From Lentisphaerota bacterium (lineage in GTDB: Bacteria > Verrucomicrobiota > Kiritimatiellia > UBA8416 > JAIOPI01), in assembly GCA_021413965.1 (NCBI GenBank), contig JAIOPI010000003.1, positions 22,515-86,514 of the forward strand: 64,000 nt of DNA. Reading direction: 5' to 3'. Below are positions 57,356-64,000 of this stretch, one piece after another (position 1 is the first letter of the stretch; each line of letters begins with the position of its first letter). Position numbers and translations under genes: made by a program. Below the pieces are notes generated by a model. The model was not told where the DNA came from. It searched no databases and worked only from the letters and a program-made list of their open reading frames with translations.

Positions 57356-59173
57356 TCAGGGTTTCGGGTCCGCCATCATGTCCGCTGGCGGGACGAATTG
57401 CTTGCTGGTCATGAGCGGCGGAAAGCCGGCTTCGACTGGGAACCGCTCCGGCATTTTCCGCACCATGCCTTCCGCCATGACGCGGTTGGGCAGGATCACG
57501 TTGTTTTCTTTTGCGTATTCATCCCAAAGCGCGACCAGCTCCTTGACCTTCTCAGGCTGTGTGGCCGCGAGGTCGTGATGTTCCGCCACATCCTGCGCCA
57601 GATTGAACAGCTCCCACGTTTCCGTGCCGTAGGGCTTGTACTGCCAGCGAATCTTCCAGTCGCCCTGACGAACGGCCCGGTTGCCGAACACTTCCCACGC
57701 CGTGTAATCCTTGCTTGAGCGGGGCGTGTCTTCCTTGCCAGCCAGCATGTTGACCCAGGACTTGCCGATCAACGGCGGCGCTTTTGCACCGTTGATCGTC
57801 TCCGGATACCGCGCACCAGCCACCTCCAGCAGCGTCGGCATGATGTCGGCCACATGCGCGTAGCCGGCGGTGTTGATGCTGCCCTTGGCGCGTTTGACGA
57901 TGGGACCGCTCACGATCAGCGCATTGCGGATGCCGCCTTCGGCAAAGTAGCCCTTGTACTGGCTGAACGGCGTCATGGAGACCTGTGCCCACATCGGGCC
58001 ATAGCCGACATACGAATGCGGATCGCCCCAGGAATTGATATGATTTTGCGACCATGCAATCGAGGCGTAGAGATAATTCTTGGTTCCGGGCGTTCCCGCG
58101 ATCATCTCGAACAAGTCGGTGCCTTCCGCGCCATTGTCGCCAAAGGTGATGAAGATCGTGTTTTCGTATTCCCCGATCTTCTTCAGATAATTAACCAGCC
58201 GCCCGATATGGCGGTCCATGTTTTCGACCATCCCGGCATAGAGTTCCATCTTCCGGCCCAGCATGGCGCTGGCCGCCGGGGCCAGCAGGGTCGGATCCGG
58301 AACAAACCACATGCGCTCCGCCAGCGTGGCGTCCTTCGGCATGATGCCCATTTCCTTCTGGCGCTGCAGCCGCTCCGCGCGCACCGCATCCCAGCCCTTG
58401 TCGTATTGCCCGACGTACCCGTTGCGCTCGCCGCGCGGCAGGTGATAGGGATCGTGCGGTGCCTGATGCGCGACATAGGCAAAGAACGGCTTGCCGTCAC
58501 CGCGATTGGCCTCGATGAAGCTGATCATCTTGTCCGTATAGGTTTCCGTGGCGTAATAGTTTTTCGGCAGCTTCGTCAGGTAGCGCCCGTCCTCCGTGTA
58601 GAGGGACACGGGCGTATTGGCCGTGAAGTTCAACATGTCCCAGTAACTTCCCGCACCATCGAGCAGGCTAAAGTCGCGCTCGAAACCGCGCGCGGCGGGA
58701 ATGAGATCCGGCGCCTTGCCCATGTGCCACTTTCCGACCATGTACGTGTGATAGCCGCTGTCCTTCAGCAGTTGCGGCAGCGTCGCCACGCTACGGCTCA
58801 GATTGCCTTCATAGCCCGGCTTGCCCATCTGGTTCGGGGCCGTCCATTCACTCATGTTGCCCAGCCCGTTGCGGTGCGTATCCACGCCGCTCAACAGCAT
58901 CGAGCGGGTGGGTGAACAACTTGCGTGGGTGTAGAACTGCGTGAACCGGACGCCATCGGCCGCCAGCGCATCCAAATTCGGCGTCTTAATCTCGCCGCCG
59001 AACGCACCCATGTCCGAGAACCCAAGGTCATCTCCCAGAAGAATGATGATATTGGGCCGCCGGCCTTTGCTTCCCGCTTCCGGGTTTGCGGCACCGGCCG
59101 CGCCTGGCGAAACCATCGCGGCAACCGCTGCCATAAGCAGGCAGCGCCGGACGAGTGATAGAGTCTTGTTCAT
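57356..59173 (-). CDS. Arylsulfatase (Cys-type, AtsA-like)
   Basis: RPNIIILLGDDLGFSD, CSPTRSMLLSG, GKWHMG, APHDP, DNG, KG..AEGGIR, ELFNLAQD. Real start ATG 59173 with a signal peptide; promoter TTGACG-18-TACCGT at 59254-59225. Confidence 0.93.
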   Translation of the reverse strand: MNKTLSLVRRCLLMAAVAAMVSPGAAGAANPEAGSKGRRPNIIILLGDDLGFSDMGAFGGEIKTPNLDALAADGVRFTQFYTHASCSPTRSMLLSGVDTHRNGLGNMSEWTAPNQMGKPGYEGNLSRSVATLPQLLKDSGYHTYMVGKWHMGKAPDLIPAARGFERDFSLLDGAGSYWDMLNFTANTPVSLYTEDGRYLTKLPKNYYATETYTDKMISFIEANRGDGKPFFAYVAHQAPHDPYHLPRGERNGYVGQYDKGWDAVRAERLQRQKEMGIMPKDATLAERMWFVPDPTLLAPAASAMLGRKMELYAGMVENMDRHIGRLVNYLKKIGEYENTIFITFGDNGAEGTDLFEMIAGTPGTKNYLYASIAWSQNHINSWGDPHSYVGYGPMWAQVSMTPFSQYKGYFAEGGIRNALIVSGPIVKRAKGSINTAGYAHVADIMPTLLEVAGARYPETINGAKAPPLIGKSWVNMLAGKEDTPRSSKDYTAWEVFGNRAVRQGDWKIRWQYKPYGTETWELFNLAQDVAEHHDLAATQPEKVKELVALWDEYAKENNVILPNRVMAEGMVRKMPERFPVEAGFPPLMTSKQFVPPADMMADPKP

Positions 59174-59370
59174 GGTTCTTCCCGTTTCGTTTGGCGCTCG
59201 ATAACGAGCGATTTCATGGCGCAAACGGTAGCTGAAGGGGGGGTGGAGCGTCAATGCAGAACGCTGAGGAGGACTATCCCCAGGGACAACGGGGTCAGCC
59301 CTTGAAATAGCATTTAGCCAATCACGTTCTGCCGCCTGTTTATCAGCCCTGGACGTTCGACATTTCACCC

Positions 59371-59505
59371 TCACCCCGCCAAACGTCGCTCCCGCCGCCT
59401 CCCCGTCACAGTCCTCCTCCGCCCATTCTTCCCCACGGTCAGCTTCCGCCCCGCGCTCTCCGATTCCCACCGTCGATAATTCGCCAGCGCCAGCACACAA
59501 GCGTC
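59371..59505 (-). pseudogene. Phage terminase large subunit C-terminal remnant (copy 2, inverted)
   Basis: Reads DACVLALANYRRWESESAGRKLTVGKNGRRRTVTGRRRERRLAG*; 30/40 aa identical to copy 1 from LALAN to the stop (hand alignment). Confidence 0.75.
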
Positions 59506-59865
59506 AGAGGTCGGTTGGGGCACTCTGTCCTTGTGGAGTGATGGCGAGCAGACACTGACGTGTTCCTTGGAGCAGAAGGAACGGCGGAGCGTCCCGTACT
59601 CCGGTCTGCTCCAAGCCTACAGCGGGAAGAGACGTGCCAGCGGGCGAATCACGAGACCCGCCCGCTCAGTCATTGAAGGCGGTTTCTGCATTACCCATGA
59701 CCGGATGGCATGATCCAGCCGACAAGGCGTGAATCGTCTCGGTTTTCATGGGGGATCTTCCTATTCGTTAATAATGGACCATTGGCTGCTCCCGGTTATA
59801 CAGTGGCCCTTCGTAGACAGTGACGGTCATGGCTCAACAAGTACCTTTGTCGATTTGGGGAACGA

Positions 59866-60135
59866 GTGGTGAAGGGCAAAGACAACCGGACAATTGCAGA
59901 GATCAAGGCGTCAATGCACTGCCCGCACAACTTCAAGTGCTTGGAGGCGTGCCCCAGTGGTCTCTGCAGCGCGCAAGACTACAAGTATCTTGATGACTAT
60001 GTTGACTGTCTTGAAAAGAACCCGTCAGCGTGTGCATTTGCATTGCCATTCGCAAATGGTTACTTGTGCAAATGTCCGATTAAGGTGCATCTGGTCAAAT
60101 CGCTGAAAGAGCGCGACCGCACAAGCAAGTCCTAG
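59866..60135 (+). CDS. Small Cys-rich hypothetical protein (8 Cys)
   Basis: MHCPHNFKC...LCSAQD...VDCLEKNPSACAFALPFANGYLCKCPIKV; more AT-rich codon usage than the core genes. Confidence 0.65.
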   Translation: MVKGKDNRTIAEIKASMHCPHNFKCLEACPSGLCSAQDYKYLDDYVDCLEKNPSACAFALPFANGYLCKCPIKVHLVKSLKERDRTSKS

Positions 60136-60264
60136 TCGATTCGTCCGTGGCATGGCTGGCGGTGGCCAACTTGCTCATGCTACCACTGTGGTCTTGGAGC
60201 AGACTGACTGATTGTAGGCTGTGGTGAGCGCTGGGTAAGCGCCGAGACTTCCGCAAATGGTCCT

Positions 60265-60404
60265 TTGTGGAAACCGATGATTGGCTTCCGGAACGTCCTG
60301 ATGCACGACGACCTGGACGTGATCGCGGGCTGGTTCATGCCGTCCTACCGAACAACCTGGGCTTCATGGCCTCCCTCATGCGCGTATTCGGTCAGTTCCT
60401 CTGA
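60265..60404 (+). pseudogene. HepT/DUF86 HEPN ribonuclease toxin, C-terminal fragment with frameshift
   Basis: WKPMIGFRNVLMHDDLDV (R-X4-H HEPN motif), then after a 1-nt frameshift near 60321 DRGLVHAVLPNNLGFMASLMRVFGQFL*. N-terminus missing. Confidence 0.7.
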
Positions 60405-60414
60405 CGCGTGGTGG

Positions 60415-62181
60415 TCAGGGTTGTGCCAGGCTGACGCGGTAGGCTTGCCAGCGTGGTGAGAGGGTGGTGTTGGCGGGGAGGCTGGTGAGGATGTCGGCGA
60501 GGCAGCGCTCGAAACCGCGCATGATGTGGGAATCGGCGGGGTAGACCTGGCTGGGGGCGAGGATGGCGCGGGCGTGGCTGTGGCCGATGATGCGCTCGAA
60601 GTCCGGGCGGACGCCGCAGAGGTAGAGCCGGCCGCCTTCGGACTGGTAAGCATCCGCAAAATCCAGCAACGCGCTCCAGCAGGAATAGTCGATGGAATAG
60701 GTGCGCCGCACCCGCAACACGAGATGGCGGGGGCGCTGCGCCGTGGCAATTTCACGCAGCACGCGGCGCAATTCGTGCGCAATGCCGAAGAACAGATCGC
60801 CGCTCACGGCGACAGCCACGACGTCGCTGGGGGCGTGGGCTTCGCCCGGCTCGTAGGCGCATTCTTCGAAGTGCCCGGGTCCGGGTTGGATTTCCGCCAG
60901 GTGCAGTTCGCGGGTGCGCTTCAGGTGGATCAGGGCGGCGGCCAGCATACCGGTGAAGATGCCATACTCGATCTTGATGAGCACGGTGGTCAGGCAGGTC
61001 AGCACCAGCACCCCCGCATCGGCCCAGGACGTCTGGACGACGCGCCAGATGCGTCTGAAATCCACGAGCTTGATCCCGATGTAGATGAGCATGCCGGCCA
61101 GCGCGCTGATGGGGATGCGGTTCAGCAGGCCGGGGGCCAGAAGGAGCGCCAGCGCGGTGAATCCCGCAAAGTAGACGTTGGCGAGGCGCGTGCGGGCGCC
61201 CGTGCATTCGAGGAGCATGGAGCGGCTGAAGGAGCCGGAGCCGGGAATGCCCTGCAGGAAGGCCGCCACGACGTGGGACAGCCCCTGGCCAATGAACTCC
61301 TGATCGAAGTCGATTTCCTCGCGGTGTTTGAGCGCGAGCGACTGGCCGATGGAAACGGCCTCGATGAGGCCGATGATGGCGACGGCCAGCGCGCCGGGCA
61401 GCAGGACGTGAATGACGGCGAGATCCAGGCAGGGCCAGGTGGGGACGGGCAGAGTGGAGGGCAGTGGAACGACGTCGCGCACGAGGGGGACGGCGAGGGT
61501 GGGGCTCAAGAGGCTGGAGGCGATGGCCGCGAGGGCTAGCGCGATCAGCGCCACGGGAATGCGGCGGGAGATGCGATCGGTCGCGAACATGATGGCGGCG
61601 ACGGAGAGTCCGATGGCCAGCGTGGCGGGGTTGATGTCAGTCGCGCGTCCGACGATATCCACCAGGCGCTGCGGGAACCAGGCGATGTGCGAGGGTTCGA
61701 CGCCGAGGAGGTGGTGCAGTTGCCCGAAGGCAATGAGGATGCCGGCCCCGACCGTGAAGCCGAGGAAAGCGGATTCGGGAACGAACTCGACGAGCACGCC
61801 CATGCGCAGGAGGCCGAGGGCGAGGCGGAAGAGGCCGACGAGGAGCGTCATGGTATAGACGATGGTGAGGAGGCGGGGATCGTGGATGAAGGGGGCGACG
61901 GCGGCGGCGGTCAGCAGGGCGGCGGAGTTGGTAGGGCCGGTATTGAGGAAGCGCGAGCTGCCCCAGAGGGCGGCGATGGCGGACATGACCATGGCGGCAA
62001 AGAGGCCATGCGCGGGCGGGACGCCAGCGAGAAGGGCGTAGGCGATGGCCTGGGGGACGGCGAAGATGGCCACGGTGAGACCGGCCTGCAGGTCAGCGCG
62101 CAGGGACGCGGCATTATAGGCGCGCAGTTCGGGGATGAAAGGACGAAGGGCTTGCCAAGCGTGGCGGCCGTGAACGTGCAT
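60415..62181 (-). CDS. SulP/SLC26 anion transporter with STAS domain
   Basis: ADLQAGLTVAIFAVPQAIAYALLAG, GPT, QEFIGQGLS, SGSFSRS, GDLFFG STAS region. Start uncertain (62181, or up to 62343). Confidence 0.92.
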   Translation of the reverse strand: MHVHGRHAWQALRPFIPELRAYNAASLRADLQAGLTVAIFAVPQAIAYALLAGVPPAHGLFAAMVMSAIAALWGSSRFLNTGPTNSAALLTAAAVAPFIHDPRLLTIVYTMTLLVGLFRLALGLLRMGVLVEFVPESAFLGFTVGAGILIAFGQLHHLLGVEPSHIAWFPQRLVDIVGRATDINPATLAIGLSVAAIMFATDRISRRIPVALIALALAAIASSLLSPTLAVPLVRDVVPLPSTLPVPTWPCLDLAVIHVLLPGALAVAIIGLIEAVSIGQSLALKHREEIDFDQEFIGQGLSHVVAAFLQGIPGSGSFSRSMLLECTGARTRLANVYFAGFTALALLLAPGLLNRIPISALAGMLIYIGIKLVDFRRIWRVVQTSWADAGVLVLTCLTTVLIKIEYGIFTGMLAAALIHLKRTRELHLAEIQPGPGHFEECAYEPGEAHAPSDVVAVAVSGDLFFGIAHELRRVLREIATAQRPRHLVLRVRRTYSIDYSCWSALLDFADAYQSEGGRLYLCGVRPDFERIIGHSHARAILAPSQVYPADSHIMRGFERCLADILTSLPANTTLSPRWQAYRVSLAQP

Positions 62182-62451
62182 ACCGGGCAAATTTAGCAGG
62201 GAGCGGCCGGGGCGGGCGAGGGAAACCTGTTCAGTGCCGTCGGGACGGCGTGAGGCGGGGGAGGCCATGTGACACCCGCCACATCGTAGCGTGGCGGCAC
62301 GTGGACCGGCGGGGCGATGCGTCGGCTCGTCACGTGCTTGCAAATGGCGCTAGGTGTCAGCGAGTGGTAGATTCACACCAATGCCCGCGCCCGGAGGTCA
62401 CGGGCCACCTTGGAGGCGGCTAAGGATGCATGCGGATGTGAGGAGGTTGGG

Positions 62452-63540
62452 GTGAGGAATGGGAGCGGGATTCGGGAGGTGGGGGCGCAGCGGCTGGATA
62501 TTCCGCTGTTCGAGCCGTTTGGAATTTCGGGCGGCGCGCAGGCGGTGGCGCGCAATGTGCTGGTGACCGTGGAACTGAAGGACGGGACGCGTGGCTATGG
62601 CGAGGCGGCGCCGTTTCCCGCCTTCAATGGCGAAACCCAGGCGGGCGCCGAGGCGGCCGTGGCGTCGGTTCGGGGGCAACTGGAGGGCGGTGATGTGCGC
62701 GAGTGGCGAGCCTTGGCGGCCCTCTTGCGGACCCATCTGAGCGCGTCGGGCTCTGCGCGCTGTGCCATCGAGACGGCCGTGCTGGATGCGCTGACCCGCC
62801 AGGCCGGGATGCCGATGTATGTTTTTTTCGGCGGCGTCTCGCAGGCTTTGGAAACCGACATGACGGTCGCCACGGGCGACGCGGAGGCGGCAGCGAGCGC
62901 GGCACGGAATATCCTGCAGCGCGGCATCTCCACGATCAAGGTGAAGATTGGCGCCGGGGACCGGGCGCTCGATTTGGAACGCCTCATGGCCATTCGCGCC
63001 GCGGCGCCGGATGCGCCATTGATACTCGACGGCAACGGGGGCATGCAGGCCGAGGAGGCGCTGGAGTTGACGGCCGCCCTGCGGATGAACGGCATCGTGC
63101 CGATGCTGCTGGAGCAGCCCGTGCCCGGCGACGACTGGCAAGGCATGCGCAAGCTGGCCACGCTCAGCGGCATCCCGGTGGCGGCAGACGAAACGGCCTC
63201 GAGCGCGGTCAACGTGATGCGGCTGGCGGCGGAGGGCGCGGCTCAGGTGGTCAATATCAAGCTGATGAAGGCGGGCGTCGTGGAGGCGCTGGATATTGTC
63301 GCGGTGTGCCGGGCGGCGGGCCTGCGCCTGATGATCGGCAGCCTGGTGGAGTCCGTACTGGGGACCACCATGTCCGCGCATTTTGCGGCGGGGCAGGGCG
63401 GGTTCGAGGTCGTGGACCTGGATATGCCGATGTTCCTGGCGGAGAATCCGTTTGTGGGTGGCTTCGTGCAGCACGGTGCGCGCTTGAACTTGGCGCATAT
63501 TGAGTCTGGGCATGGCGTGAGGCCGATGGGTGATGGGTGA
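62452..63540 (+). CDS. Dipeptide (L-Ala-D/L-Glu) epimerase, enolase superfamily
   Basis: PFGISGG, GYGEAAP, KVKIG, LDGNGG, EQP, ADE, NIKLMKAG, DLD. GTG start at 62452 with AGGAGG SD. Confidence 0.88.
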   Translation: MRNGSGIREVGAQRLDIPLFEPFGISGGAQAVARNVLVTVELKDGTRGYGEAAPFPAFNGETQAGAEAAVASVRGQLEGGDVREWRALAALLRTHLSASGSARCAIETAVLDALTRQAGMPMYVFFGGVSQALETDMTVATGDAEAAASAARNILQRGISTIKVKIGAGDRALDLERLMAIRAAAPDAPLILDGNGGMQAEEALELTAALRMNGIVPMLLEQPVPGDDWQGMRKLATLSGIPVAADETASSAVNVMRLAAEGAAQVVNIKLMKAGVVEALDIVAVCRAAGLRLMIGSLVESVLGTTMSAHFAAGQGGFEVVDLDMPMFLAENPFVGGFVQHGARLNLAHIESGHGVRPMGDG

Positions 63541-63597
63541 TGGGGAGCCTTTGGAGGGCACGGCGCGGAACCCTCCGGGGGAAGGGATCGGGAGCAC

Positions 63598-64000
63598 ATG
63601 GATATTCTGGCGCATGCGGTTTACGGGGCGACGGTTTGCAGCCGGACGGGGCTGGGCGGGGGGCGGCAGGGCGGCGGTCAGCCCTGGTGGCGCGACCGGA
63701 CGATCTGGCTGGCGCTGGGGTTTGGCGTGCTGCCGGATGCGGTGTCGATGGGGCCGTCGTTCGTGGCGTACTGTATGGCGGGGATGCCGGACAACTTCTT
63801 TCACCAGTTTGGCGGGAATGGCATCACGCTTTACCGGTGCATGCACAGCCTGGTGATTGGGCTGGCGGCGGTGGCGATTCTGCGTGTGGCGCGAAAGGGG
63901 CTGGCCTTACCAGCGCTGGCCTGGCCGCTGCATGTGGCGATGGATGCCGTGACGCACGCGGATGGAAAATTCGGGACCACCGTGCTTTATCCGTTCTCGA
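63598..64000 (+). CDS. YdjM/DUF457-like membrane metal-dependent hydrolase (runs off window end)
   Basis: Manual translation: MDILAHAVYG...FGVLPD...MHSLV...LHVAMDAVTH...LYPFS; GGAG SD. Confidence 0.75.
   Translation, partial: MDILAHAVYGATVCSRTGLGGGRQGGGQPWWRDRTIWLALGFGVLPDAVSMGPSFVAYCMAGMPDNFFHQFGGNGITLYRCMHSLVIGLAAVAILRVARKGLALPALAWPLHVAMDAVTHADGKFGTTVLYPFS

Larger units (their letters stand above)
53354..60404. mobile_element. Decayed tRNA-Arg-associated genomic island (boundaries approximate, no integrase seen)
   Basis: Starts right after the tRNA 3' end; long, visibly more AT-rich intergenic stretches; contains two terminase remnants, a HEPN pseudogene and accessory cargo. Confidence 0.55.

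Noticed and set aside
59174..59500. 108-aa N-terminal extension of the arylsulfatase in the ORF track
   Set aside because: The signal peptide starts at ATG 59173, a promoter lies at 59225-59254, and the extension runs through the terminase remnant in a different frame.
60136..60152. Possible attR copy of the tRNA-Arg 3' end
   Set aside because: Only 8 contiguous matches plus a gapped partial match; too weak to call as a feature, so it is mentioned only as a hint.
63525..63545. gatggt-like short tandem repeat (gatgggtgatgggtgatgggg) at the epimerase stop
   Set aside because: Three 7-bp units only; no evidence of phase variation or function.

Overview
High-GC bacterial chromosomal window, probably a PVC-superphylum organism such as Kiritimatiellota/Lentisphaerota (inferred from gene styles, not proven). 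About 1-53 kb is mostly core and envelope genes: surA-like, rsmA, mutS, rpsB-tsf, pgi, gpmI, ileS (type 2), deoB, ppiD-like, rpoD, proS, glycosyltransferases, nrfHA (a CxxCH-type NrfA) and a xylFGH-like sugar ABC transporter. A tRNA-Arg(CCT) at 53280-53353 is followed by a decayed island of about 7 kb. It holds a MASE1 hybrid kinase, an arylsulfatase plus beta-barrel cassette, a small Cys-rich protein and a frameshifted HEPN/HepT fragment. The most striking structure missed by the ORF track is a pair of diverged copies of a phage terminase large-subunit C-terminal tail (56000-56212 on +, 59371-59505 on -) in inverted orientation, bracketing the sulfatase cassette. Other notable items are an amidase with three novel LysM-like repeats, a Zn-finger microprotein with a probable sigma54 promoter and ATT start, a membrane-anchored RRM protein after rpoD, a sensorless histidine kinase coupled into the rpsB-tsf cluster, GTAG/GTGG REP-like elements and several apparently leaderless genes. 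No CRISPR array, rRNA, integrase or transposase was seen. All family calls come from motif recognition by eye, not database searches.
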